Shown here piece after piece: positions 19,395-28,455 of a stretch of 64,000 nt of DNA. This DNA comes from an uncultured Methanosarcinales archaeon (GTDB lineage: Archaea; Nanobdellota; Nanobdellia; Woesearchaeales; CAYPCY01). A model generated the notes under the pieces. It saw only the letters and a program-made list of their open reading frames with translations, did not search any database and had not been told where the DNA came from. The stretch is taken from NCBI GenBank assembly GCA_964409385.1, contig CAYPCY010000002.1, positions 143,941 through 207,940 of the forward strand, written 5' to 3'. How positions within the stretch are numbered: position 1 is the stretch's first letter; every line of letters begins with the position of its first letter. The position numbers and the translations under genes were made by a program.

Positions 19395-21256
19395 GACCTG
19401 GCCTTTTTTATTTTTTTCAACCTTCTAACTTCTTGTATTGACCTTCCATAATCAATTTCAGAACTATCCTTATTAACGAAAGTCATTGTTTTCTTAAGTA
19501 TTGGCAGTAAGTGGGAAACAGCCACATAATCCATTTGGCAAAGTCTTAAGTAAAGAGGTGCCGCTCCTGGTTGTGTTCTTAACTCGTCAATATGATGTTG
19601 GTTTCTTGCATTAACTTCAACATTCATTGGAGCCTTATGTGCCAGTGTTAAAATACTACTTGCAACGTAAGGATTTATACTATTACGAAGAACATCATAG
19701 AATAAGTTAATATCACCCATTATTTTATTCACTTTTTTCTCCACTCCTGATTCTCTTACAGCTTCTGAAATGTAAAAACCATTTTCTGGAGTGAAATGTT
19801 TAGGATCTAAATATGATTGTAAAGTATGTCGTCTCAAATCCCTAATTTCAGCAATTGGCATCATTAATGTCTTGTCAAAACTTACTGCTTCAAACGCCCT
19901 TCCAGGCCTGTAACGCCTGTTAGTTCTTAAATTTGGAATTCCTGCATAGTCTAAAACAATTTTTTCTTTCTCTTCAAGTGATAATTCTGAAGAAAGATTT
20001 AATGCCTGTCCATAAGTCATTCCAGAATTTTGCTCTCTCAAAATATTAATTATTATGTCTGGAAGATTTCCTTTCATCCTAGCCTGAATTTCAATATCAT
20101 ATTCGTCATCTTTTAAGCTAATATAATTTCCATGATCAAAAATTTTAAATCCTAATTCTGGATCTTCTAAAGTATTTAGTATTTGATCTAAACCTTTCAT
20201 TCTCAAACTTCCTGGCTTTCTAGTTTCTGAAATGAAATTTCTGTAAGCCCTGGACCTTGAAGAACTAACTTCAGTACCTTCCAATAAAGGACCTACTAGT
20301 TTGGAAGCTTCATTATACATTAATTGTTGAATTATTAATGATTCTCCAGTTCCTATTGCTTGTAATGAAAATATTAACTGCCTCATGGCCTCCGCATTCA
20401 TTTCTAGAGATAATGACGTTTTTGCACTTAATGGAATTAAATGTCTTATTGAATCTTTATGCATTGCATTTATTGTTCTTGAATATGCAGTTTCTAACTC
20501 TTCATCACTAGCATTTCCCCCAATACTAGTCTGAACTTTTTCAGAAAATTTATTGAAAGGTAGTTTTCTAGATAAGAAATTTCGAACTTTTTCATACTCT
20601 TTACTTCCAGGAGTTATTAGTTTTGAATAAAGATCAAATACTGAATTAGTAATCTCCCGAAAGCTTTCTTCTAAATCTTCATTAACAATTAGAGGATCTA
20701 CTAAATAATTATAATTTCCGTTAAGCTTCTTATGATAGGGTTTATACCTTGTTGATTTTTCAATACCAAACAGTATCCTATGATGTAACATATGCATTGC
20801 TTGAAGCATTGAAACATCTTCAAAAGATGCAGTTAATGAAACCATTCTAGCTATTGAATCATCTCCATACTCTGCAAATACTTCTTTAAAGAATCCAGAA
20901 CCCATTTTTTGTATATGGTTAGGAATGTTCATTTCTTTAATAGATTCTCTAAATTTGTCATTAGCCATTCGTTTCCCAACTATTTCTCTAATATCTCCTG
21001 AAGCACGACTGTGCATTGAACTGAAACTTCCCGAGAGTAATCCAGTATGTTTATAGAATGAAACTGGCAAGTGGGTATTAGTAAATATTTTTTCTAGTAA
21101 AGAAATAATCTCATCATCTTTATAGGAAGAAGGAGTATAACTTAGTAATTCAGCTAAATCCTCGCTAGAACAGTCTCCATATTCTTGAGATAATTCTTCA
21201 AGATTCATAATACTAGTAAGTCGTAAAGATTTATAAGAAGTACTGTTCAAAAACAA
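19391..21256 (-). CDS. thyX: tandem-domain FAD-dependent thymidylate synthase (ThyX-like)
   Basis: YGDDSIA, HHR...IEKSTRY, R..IP....T, GRAFE, RDLRRH, NAR..H..ELRTQP. Confidence 0.8.
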   Translation of the reverse strand: MFLNSTSYKSLRLTSIMNLEELSQEYGDCSSEDLAELLSYTPSSYKDDEIISLLEKIFTNTHLPVSFYKHTGLLSGSFSSMHSRASGDIREIVGKRMANDKFRESIKEMNIPNHIQKMGSGFFKEVFAEYGDDSIARMVSLTASFEDVSMLQAMHMLHHRILFGIEKSTRYKPYHKKLNGNYNYLVDPLIVNEDLEESFREITNSVFDLYSKLITPGSKEYEKVRNFLSRKLPFNKFSEKVQTSIGGNASDEELETAYSRTINAMHKDSIRHLIPLSAKTSLSLEMNAEAMRQLIFSLQAIGTGESLIIQQLMYNEASKLVGPLLEGTEVSSSRSRAYRNFISETRKPGSLRMKGLDQILNTLEDPELGFKIFDHGNYISLKDDEYDIEIQARMKGNLPDIIINILREQNSGMTYGQALNLSSELSLEEKEKIVLDYAGIPNLRTNRRYRPGRAFEAVSFDKTLMMPIAEIRDLRRHTLQSYLDPKHFTPENGFYISEAVRESGVEKKVNKIMGDINLFYDVLRNSINPYVASSILTLAHKAPMNVEVNARNQHHIDELRTQPGAAPLYLRLCQMDYVAVSHLLPILKKTMTFVNKDSSEIDYGRSIQEVRRLKKIKKARS

Positions 21257-21287
21257 TATTTTTTACGGAATTTGTAAAATTATTGGC

Positions 21288-21593
21288 TTAACTGTAATCT
21301 CTCCAAGTATGTTTGCAAGAGGCACATTTGAAAAATCTTGTTTCAGGCTCGTCACTAGATCTTGTTTGTAAAGTCCAATATTCTGCCTTTTCATGTGCAC
21401 ACTTAGGACAATTAGCTTCAACAGTAGGATTTATAGATTCCTTTTCAGGATCTATAATTTCTATGGTTTTATGTTCTGAAGCTAGAGCTTCTTCAACAAG
21501 TTTAGCTTCTTCCTTAATAACAAATCCGCAAGAACATTTTAAGATTCCCTTCTTAGGAAGTATTAAAGCTCCACATTTTTGACAAAAGTTCAT
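21288..21593 (-). CDS. tfs: transcription factor S (TFS/RpoM family)
   Basis: FCQKCG..CSCG and CPKC...QTRSSDEPET.FFKC..C.H.WR; acidic DE hairpin present. Confidence 0.93.
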   Translation of the reverse strand: MNFCQKCGALILPKKGILKCSCGFVIKEEAKLVEEALASEHKTIEIIDPEKESINPTVEANCPKCAHEKAEYWTLQTRSSDEPETRFFKCASCKHTWRDYS

Positions 21594-21671
21594 TAATAAC
21601 AAGTTGAAATGGATTTTTTATAAAGGTTATGGTTTAAGAGAATTTTGAATAATTCATAATTTAAACTTATT

Positions 21672-22355
21672 TTAACGAGATAATCCTAGAAAAGTAAGAA
21701 TTTTAGAAAATCCAAGAGCATTAAAACCTTCCACAAAGACAATTTTAACATAACCTAAATAAGGTATTCTGAATACTGCCTTTCCAATAATGTCTTTTTC
21801 AATAATATTTCTCTCATCAATTATTAATATTGAAGAGTCTGAAGGTGTAGAACTAAAAATTCCGAGTTTTGGATTGTAATATTTAACTACAAATCCTGGA
21901 TTATTATCTCCTTTTGTTTGATAAATACCATCTGTAACATTAATTATTCTATGAATTACAGGGTAGGGTTCTCTAGTCTTAAAAACGATAACATCCCCAA
22001 CTTCAAAATTACCGTATGAAGTTATCACTAGAATATCACCCTTATTGAACCCGTTAGAAAACCTATAATTTTCAAAATCAGTAACAGAAATTTCGAAATC
22101 AGAATAAAATTCTTCATGTAGTTTCCACCAAGAATTAAAATTGCCTGGATGTTCCATGCTTGGACTAACTACAGCAACTACAGGATGGGATGTTCCAAGA
22201 GCAATTCCCAAAACAGGATAAAACAAGAACCTTATAATAATAAAAGCCACAATAATGCTTAATACCCAACTAAGTAAAGAATCATCATTCCATATAAAAT
22301 GCCAATATTTTTTAATTCTAAACCATAACTTTTTCATAATAAGAATAAAAAACAC
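21672..22355 (-). CDS. signal peptidase I (archaeal Sec11-type)
   Basis: TM, VVSPSMEH, GD, VIHRII, TKGDNN, IPYLG. Confidence 0.9.
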   Translation of the reverse strand: MFFILIMKKLWFRIKKYWHFIWNDDSLLSWVLSIIVAFIIIRFLFYPVLGIALGTSHPVVAVVSPSMEHPGNFNSWWKLHEEFYSDFEISVTDFENYRFSNGFNKGDILVITSYGNFEVGDVIVFKTREPYPVIHRIINVTDGIYQTKGDNNPGFVVKYYNPKLGIFSSTPSDSSILIIDERNIIEKDIIGKAVFRIPYLGYVKIVFVEGFNALGFSKILTFLGLSR

Positions 22356-22372
22356 AAAGAGTATAAAAAATT

Positions 22373-22954
22373 ATGCATGCAAACTATTTTGAGGGAATAA
22401 TGCAATTAAGAAATCCAAACGAAGAAATTCTTAGTTTCATAACTAAACAAATTCAAAAAAATAAGCAAATTCTTGCAAAAACTGAAAAATTAAAGCAAGG
22501 TTTAGATTTATACTTTCAAAATAAGAAGTTCATGGCATCATTAGCAACTAAAATAATTAAGGAGTTTGGTGGAAAAACCAAAAAGACAGCAACTTTACAT
22601 ACTAAAGACAATTTAACATCTAAAGACTTATACAGACAAACAATATTTATTGAATTTCCTAAATTTTTAAAGAAAGACATTATAGAAATAGAAAATAATA
22701 TTTACTTAGTGAAAGACATAAGAAAGAAATTAGGAGTTTTCAACTTAATCAAAGAAAAAAAGGAAAAAATAGATTATCCTAAAGAATATAATATTCTAAA
22801 AAAAGAAAAAACAAGAATAATATCTTTAAAACCACTAAAAGTTTTAAATCCTGAAGATTTCCAACCAATAATTACAAAAAATCCTTTAAATAAGAAACTT
22901 ACAGAAAATAAGGAGGTAAGAGTCATTACTAAAGATCTTGCATATATAATATGA
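22373..22954 (+). CDS. NMD3-related protein (short form without N-terminal Zn fingers)
   Basis: YFEGIMQLR, GLDLYF, FGG....ATL...D..TSK.LYR.T. Confidence 0.75.
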   Translation: MHANYFEGIMQLRNPNEEILSFITKQIQKNKQILAKTEKLKQGLDLYFQNKKFMASLATKIIKEFGGKTKKTATLHTKDNLTSKDLYRQTIFIEFPKFLKKDIIEIENNIYLVKDIRKKLGVFNLIKEKKEKIDYPKEYNILKKEKTRIISLKPLKVLNPEDFQPIITKNPLNKKLTENKEVRVITKDLAYII

Positions 22955-23391
22955 ATATTGAAGAAGAATATAATAAAATAAAAAAAGAAAGAAACTTACA
23001 AACTACTTTTGAAGAGTTAGATAATTATTTTAATATTACTGACTCATTAAAGCAAGAAGGATTCACTCCGAAATATTTCGAGAGATTCATAAATAAAAGA
23101 ATATTAGATGTTTTCAATAATTGGGCTGGTTATTTACACAGTCTAGTTCTTCCAAATTCCAATTCTATGATTAACATGACAGAACATCAAATGTTTAATG
23201 AAGAAGAAAGAAATAATATTATGAGTCTATTAAGTAAAGTAATGGCCATAGCTAGTGAGAATTCATTAAATAATGTTTCAGAAAAGAAAACAAACTTCCT
23301 TGATAATGCAATGGAATTCTGGAAGAAAACTTATAGGCCAGAACTTGAAAGAATATTGAAGAAAGTAAATTCTGAATGGAAATCTAAGTAA
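22951..23391 (+). CDS. hypothetical protein
   Basis: 146-aa ORF overlapping the upstream stop. Confidence 0.7.
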   Translation: MNIEEEYNKIKKERNLQTTFEELDNYFNITDSLKQEGFTPKYFERFINKRILDVFNNWAGYLHSLVLPNSNSMINMTEHQMFNEEERNNIMSLLSKVMAIASENSLNNVSEKKTNFLDNAMEFWKKTYRPELERILKKVNSEWKSK

Positions 23392-23423
23392 AGCTTTTAA
23401 GTAAGTATTATTATTTTCTTATT

Positions 23424-24419
23424 ATGCATAGGGGGGAGATTAAAGTTTTTTCATGCAGATCAGGTAAATCTTTTTCTCTTAGAGTAATCAAGGAATTAAA
23501 TAAGATATTAGAAATTTCAGCTAATAAGGTTTCTTTAGGAAATTATGCTTGTGCTGATTTTGCAGATGGAGAAGTAAGATCTAAAATTGGTGAGACTGTT
23601 AGAGGAAAAGATATTTATTTAATACAACAACTAGTTGATTCTTCAAATAGGAGTATTAACGATAATATTATGGAAATGTTATTTGCGGCTAATGCGATAA
23701 TAAAATCACAACCAGCATTTTTAACTTTAGTAATTCCTTACTTGGCTTATTCTAGACAAGATAGGCCTCTTGATAGGGAAGCAGCCAGCGCAAGTTGTCT
23801 TTCAGACCTGATAAAAACTGTTGGAGTAAATAGTGTTATGACAATGGATGTTCATGCAGACCAGATTTCTGGAATGTATAAGAAGATGGGTTTTGATAAT
23901 ATGAGAGCCTCAAAAGTTTTAATACCAACTATTAAGGAAAATATTAATTTGGAAGACGTTATTGTTATTAGCCCAGATGCAGGAGGAGCTAAAAGAGCGG
24001 ATTATTTTGCCAAAAAATTAAAAACTAAAATGGCTGTAATGCATAAAAATAGGGATTACGACAAAATTAATACTGTTAATAAGACTGAACTTATAGGTAG
24101 TGTAGGAGGAAAGAAAGGATTAATAATTGATGATATTGTAGATACTGGAGGCAGTATAGTTAATGCTGTTAAAGAATTATATCATAAAGGTGCTACTTCA
24201 ATTACTGTGGCTTGTAGTCATGCATTATTGAATGGAAATGCTAAGAAGAATTTTTCAAAATTACACAAGGAAAGAAAATTAGAATATTTAGTTACTACAG
24301 ATACTGTACTTCATAAGCACAAGCCTTTTTGGTTAAAGGAAGTATCTGTTTCTCACTTATTTGCCAATGCAATTTATAATATGAATAATAATATTTCAGT
24401 TAGTAAACTCTATAATTGA
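23424..24419 (+). CDS. prs: ribose-phosphate pyrophosphokinase
   Basis: FADGE, PYLAYSRQDR, DVHA, SPDAGG, IIDDIVDTGGS. Confidence 0.96.
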   Translation: MHRGEIKVFSCRSGKSFSLRVIKELNKILEISANKVSLGNYACADFADGEVRSKIGETVRGKDIYLIQQLVDSSNRSINDNIMEMLFAANAIIKSQPAFLTLVIPYLAYSRQDRPLDREAASASCLSDLIKTVGVNSVMTMDVHADQISGMYKKMGFDNMRASKVLIPTIKENINLEDVIVISPDAGGAKRADYFAKKLKTKMAVMHKNRDYDKINTVNKTELIGSVGGKKGLIIDDIVDTGGSIVNAVKELYHKGATSITVACSHALLNGNAKKNFSKLHKERKLEYLVTTDTVLHKHKPFWLKEVSVSHLFANAIYNMNNNISVSKLYN

Positions 24420-25864
24420 TTCTTAACTTTCAAAGCTGTCTTCTCTCCTAAAAGTTTTGAAAGTGTAAAAAAATCTGCCTTTCTTAATTCTCTCAATGTT
24501 TTTATTCCTTGAGAATACATTTTTCTTGCCCTTACCCTTCCAACTTCCTTAAGTTTCAGCAAGGTCAATAATTCTTCTTTAACTCCATATTTTAATCTAA
24601 GTCTTAATCTTCTAAGAATAGAAACAGAATTCTTGAAATCTTGAATTCTTGATAATTCCTCTGTCGAATAGAATAACCAATCAATAATATTAAGTTTTGC
24701 ATGAATTTCTCCAGGTCTAATATTAAATTTTTCCAAAAGTTCTTGTTCTGAAACTTCTTCAATCCAATAATTAAAAAAACCTGCAGTTTTCAAAGTCTTA
24801 CAAAACTCGTCATAGTCAGGATCATAAATATTAGGTTCTGAAATTAATAGTTCGTTCTCAACAAGAAAATTATTAATTAGTTCTTCTTCGGATTTTTTAA
24901 CATTAAGTAAAGGTCTCATTTCCAAAGTATTTGAAAAAACTTGTAGTATAGAAAAATCATTGAATTCATTAAGATTTAGTTTTTTCATGGATTTTATCAA
25001 ATAATGTGCAGTGTAAGGATCAAGATATAATTCTGAAACTCTAGTTCCTAAACGAGTAGATTTCAAATTTCCCATGCTAGAAGCAGTTACGAAATCAGAA
25101 CCTTCAATAAACCCCCAGCTTCTCAATTGAGAAATTGTTTTTTCAATAAGAGAATTCACTTTTGTAGTATCTCCATATTGTTTAGTGTAGAAACTTCTTG
25201 AAAAAAAATCTTCCAAGTCTGATACTGTTCTTGAAACTCCAGAAACTATCAAACTTAACACATAAGTTCTGAATACTGGCTCTACAGCCAGTTTTGAATA
25301 AATAATTTCTGGCTCTCCAAGAATAAACATTTCTTTAATATGTTCTAATTCACTCTTTGTAGATGCTAAAGTTAATGCTTCTCCATAATCTTCAAATTCT
25401 GGCCTTCCAGCCCTACCTATCATTTGATGATATTCTAATACTGGAATGAATGCCATCCCATGTCTTGAAAATCTTTTAAGATCACGAATTATAACTCTAA
25501 AAGCAGGTAAGTTAAGTCCGAAAGCCAATGTTGGTGTTGAGGCTATAAACTTTATTTTTCCTTCACGAAAGTTATCTTCAATTAGTTCTCTTTGTTTAGT
25601 TGCCAATCCTGCATGGTGGAAAGCAACTCCTTTCTTCACACATTCGGATAATTTCAAACATTGCTTTGTCGGTTTGGATAATGTGTTTCTTATTTTTTCA
25701 GAAATACTTTCTAAGTTTGCAGAATATAAAGATTTTGAAATTCTTTCCGCCATTGCTTCAGCATTTCTTTTACTGGATAAGAATATTAATGCCTGTTTAT
25801 TTTTAGAATGTGTATCTAAACAAATATTTACTGCATTATCACTTGTTTTCGGAGAAATTTTCAT
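24410..25864 (-). CDS. hel308: Hel308/Ski2-like helicase, C-terminal portion only (RecA2, winged helix, ratchet, HhH)
   Basis: GVAFHHAGL, STPTLAFGLNLPA, QMIGRAGRP, VGRVRAR; no Walker A or DExH motif. Confidence 0.85.
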   Translation of the reverse strand: MKISPKTSDNAVNICLDTHSKNKQALIFLSSKRNAEAMAERISKSLYSANLESISEKIRNTLSKPTKQCLKLSECVKKGVAFHHAGLATKQRELIEDNFREGKIKFIASTPTLAFGLNLPAFRVIIRDLKRFSRHGMAFIPVLEYHQMIGRAGRPEFEDYGEALTLASTKSELEHIKEMFILGEPEIIYSKLAVEPVFRTYVLSLIVSGVSRTVSDLEDFFSRSFYTKQYGDTTKVNSLIEKTISQLRSWGFIEGSDFVTASSMGNLKSTRLGTRVSELYLDPYTAHYLIKSMKKLNLNEFNDFSILQVFSNTLEMRPLLNVKKSEEELINNFLVENELLISEPNIYDPDYDEFCKTLKTAGFFNYWIEEVSEQELLEKFNIRPGEIHAKLNIIDWLFYSTEELSRIQDFKNSVSILRRLRLRLKYGVKEELLTLLKLKEVGRVRARKMYSQGIKTLRELRKADFFTLSKLLGEKTALKVKNQL

Positions 25865-25892
25865 AATTTAAGAAAGTGTTTCATGTTTAAAA

Positions 25893-26489
25893 TTATTGCC
25901 ATGTTTTTTCCCAATCATCTAGTTTTTTCTCAAGCAAAGGATTTTTCTTTCTTCTTTTAATTGTATCACCAAATATTTTCCTCCAGTAGAAACCCATTCC
26001 TAACCCAATAAATAAACCTCCTAAATGAGCAATATGTCCTATATTGCTAGGAATAAATAATCCAAAAACATTTTGCAACAACCACATTAGTCCGGCAAGA
26101 ATCATTGGTAGTGGCATTCCACTAACCCAAACCATCATTAAAGGCCTTAATACTATTAATGCACCTAAGATTGCAAATATTGCCCCGGAAGCTCCTAATG
26201 ATCTTGGATATGGTGTTAATAAATTAATTATTACTCCTGAAATTAAAAATAACCATAATAATTTTTTAGAACCTATTCTCCCCTCAAGTATTAATCCAAA
26301 AAGTCCTAGTGCGAATAAGTTAGAGAGTAAATGTCCCATTCCAGAATGTGCGAATAAACTTGTTAATAATCTCCAAGGTTCTGAAAATTTAAGGCTTGAA
26401 TCTAGAATTACAGAGTCTGTACCGATAAATCCTTGAAGTATAAACATTAATATGCACATTAGACAAAGCCATAATGCTATGAATTTCAT
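25893..26489 (-). CDS. rhomboid intramembrane serine protease
   Basis: PWRLLTS.FAH, HLL.N, GASG, AHLGG. Confidence 0.93.
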   Translation of the reverse strand: MKFIALWLCLMCILMFILQGFIGTDSVILDSSLKFSEPWRLLTSLFAHSGMGHLLSNLFALGLFGLILEGRIGSKKLLWLFLISGVIINLLTPYPRSLGASGAIFAILGALIVLRPLMMVWVSGMPLPMILAGLMWLLQNVFGLFIPSNIGHIAHLGGLFIGLGMGFYWRKIFGDTIKRRKKNPLLEKKLDDWEKTWQ

Positions 26490-26561
26490 AAAACTAATAA
26501 AATCAAGAGAGGTTTTAATATTTTCGACAATTATTTATATTAAATCAGCAAAATAAGAACT

Positions 26562-26993
26562 ATGAAGAATTATAATTTTCTTAGGGTGACTGAGCATCCT
26601 ATTAAAAAAATGTTTGAAAGAGGAGTATTTTTAGCTTTGATCTCTAGTGTTTTTTATTATTTGCTAGTCCAAAACCTTATTTTATTAAATATTGCGTCTC
26701 AGGAGATTAAAACTTTAACTTTAGGTTTTTTATTTGTTTTAATACCTTTAGAACTAATAGTTAAACATAATCATTTAAGTCATGCAGTTTTTGATAAAAA
26801 ATATTTGATGTATTACGAAAATTCCTTGTTTGGTAGTGTTGAACATTTTATTCCTTATAAAGAAATTAAAAATTTTTCTTATAAAAAAACTTTAACTGAT
26901 AATTTATTCAATACTGTGACTTTAACTATTAATAAGAAAAAACTTTCAATTCCTGAAGAAGAACTTGAGAGAATAAAAGATGCGACGAAGTAA
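26562..26993 (+). CDS. membrane protein with bacterial PH-like C-terminal domain
   Basis: Two TM helices, then IPYKEI...SY.KT..D.LFN..TL.I. Confidence 0.6.
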   Translation: MKNYNFLRVTEHPIKKMFERGVFLALISSVFYYLLVQNLILLNIASQEIKTLTLGFLFVLIPLELIVKHNHLSHAVFDKKYLMYYENSLFGSVEHFIPYKEIKNFSYKKTLTDNLFNTVTLTINKKKLSIPEEELERIKDATK

Positions 26994-27981
26994 ACATGCT
27001 AGATATTTTGGTATTGGCACTATAGTAGTTTTAGTTTTAATGTCTTTACTAGTTGTTTTTCCTTATTTCACTCCCTTAATTTCAGGGGTTATTTTTGCTT
27101 ATATTTTTAGGCCAGTATATAAATTTTTTAAGAAGGAATTCAATAATAATATTGCTGCTTCCTTACTAACTATTTTTGTTTCGATGTTGACTATTATTCT
27201 TCCTTTCCTGTTTTTAATGAATAGTCTTGTTGGAGAAGCTAATGAAATGTATATTTATGCATTAGAATACTTAGATGGTAATAGTTTAAATATTAATGAG
27301 GTTTCCCTAAAATTACAGGAGACTTTTGGTTTATCCATAAATCTTGAAGAAGTTGCTAAGGATATGGCTTCAATAATTATTTCTGGTGCACAAGCATTCT
27401 TAAAAGCATTCCCAAAGAAGGTTCTTGACATATTTATTACATTTTTCACAATGTATTACTTATTAATAAATTGGAATTTTTTGAAGAGAAGAATCAGAGA
27501 AACTCTGCCTGTTGAAAAAAATATTCAGAATAAATTCACTAAACAATTTGAAAATATTACTTATGCACTAGTATATAGTCAAATAGTTATTGCCATGATT
27601 CAAGGTATTATTGGAGGTTTAGGATTTTGGATTTTTGGAATTAGTAATCCTGTAATGTGGGGTATTGTAATGGCAGTTTTGGCTTTACTTCCAGTTATTG
27701 GACCGCCGATTGTTTGGGCTCCTGCTGTAATTTTCTTATTCTTCAAAGGAAGTGTTTGGCCAGCGATTGGTTTAGGAATTTATAGTACTGTATTAACTAG
27801 TGGTGTTGATAATATTTTAAGACCTTATATAGTTGAGAAGAAAGCAAAAGTTCATCCAGTCCTTGTTTTGGTTGGTATTCTTGGAGGATTATCTTTATTC
27901 GGTGTTATGGGTATTATTATTGGGCCTATAATTCTAGCAGCTACTTTAACTGCTGTAGAAGTATTTTCTAGTGAGATTTAG
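26980..27981 (+). CDS. AI-2E family transporter
   Basis: Multi-TM; LPVIG, DNILRP, HP..VLVGILGG..LFG.MG.IIGP. Confidence 0.92.
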   Translation: MRRSKHARYFGIGTIVVLVLMSLLVVFPYFTPLISGVIFAYIFRPVYKFFKKEFNNNIAASLLTIFVSMLTIILPFLFLMNSLVGEANEMYIYALEYLDGNSLNINEVSLKLQETFGLSINLEEVAKDMASIIISGAQAFLKAFPKKVLDIFITFFTMYYLLINWNFLKRRIRETLPVEKNIQNKFTKQFENITYALVYSQIVIAMIQGIIGGLGFWIFGISNPVMWGIVMAVLALLPVIGPPIVWAPAVIFLFFKGSVWPAIGLGIYSTVLTSGVDNILRPYIVEKKAKVHPVLVLVGILGGLSLFGVMGIIIGPIILAATLTAVEVFSSEI

Positions 27982-28153
27982 GATCATGATTATTTTTATA
28001 GATTTTGTATAATAACCTATCATTATCTTCTGTATATGTACTTTGTTTAGATAGTATTATGTCATGTTCATATACTATATACATTGTTCCTAATGTACTA
28101 GCATAATTCAAGGAAGTATCACGTGTTTTCTTAATTATTTCAGTTAATTGCAT
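27968..28153 (-). CDS. small hypothetical protein
   Basis: 61-aa ORF; TTTAAA box upstream. Confidence 0.35.
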   Translation of the reverse strand: MQLTEIIKKTRDTSLNYASTLGTMYIVYEHDIILSKQSTYTEDNDRLLYKIYKNNHDPKSH

Positions 28154-28226
28154 TTATAACTATTATATTTCTTAATTATTTAAATGTTACCCCAAACTTA
28201 AAAAGTTGATAGTGCTTAATAAAAGT

Positions 28227-28334
28227 ATGGCTTACTGTCCAAGGTGTAGTTTTGAAATTAAAATAATTAATTGTAAATATTTTTGTAAGAATTGTGGGAA
28301 TTCTTTTGATTGTTCTGATTTAGATATTGGTTAA
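28227..28334 (+). CDS. 35-aa zinc-finger microprotein (CPxC...CKYFCKNCG...DCSD)
   Basis: Translated by hand: MAYCPRCSFEIKIINCKYFCKNCGNSFDCSDLDIG*; below the ORF-track cutoff. Confidence 0.7.
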   Translation: MAYCPRCSFEIKIINCKYFCKNCGNSFDCSDLDIG

Positions 28335-28455
28335 GCGTATTTACTAGTTTTTCATACAAGTCTTTCTTTTCTACAAGTTCAGTAACTGTCTTATTTCGCT
28401 CACTAAAGTATTTTTCAGTTTCTTTCTCAAGGATTTCTTCAATCATTTTAATTAG

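Noticed and set aside
28267..28446. 59-aa minus-strand ORF (MIEEILEKETEKYFSER...) downstream of tyrS
   Set aside because: Plausible start position, but it has no motif and overlaps the better-supported Zn-finger microprotein; left uncalled.
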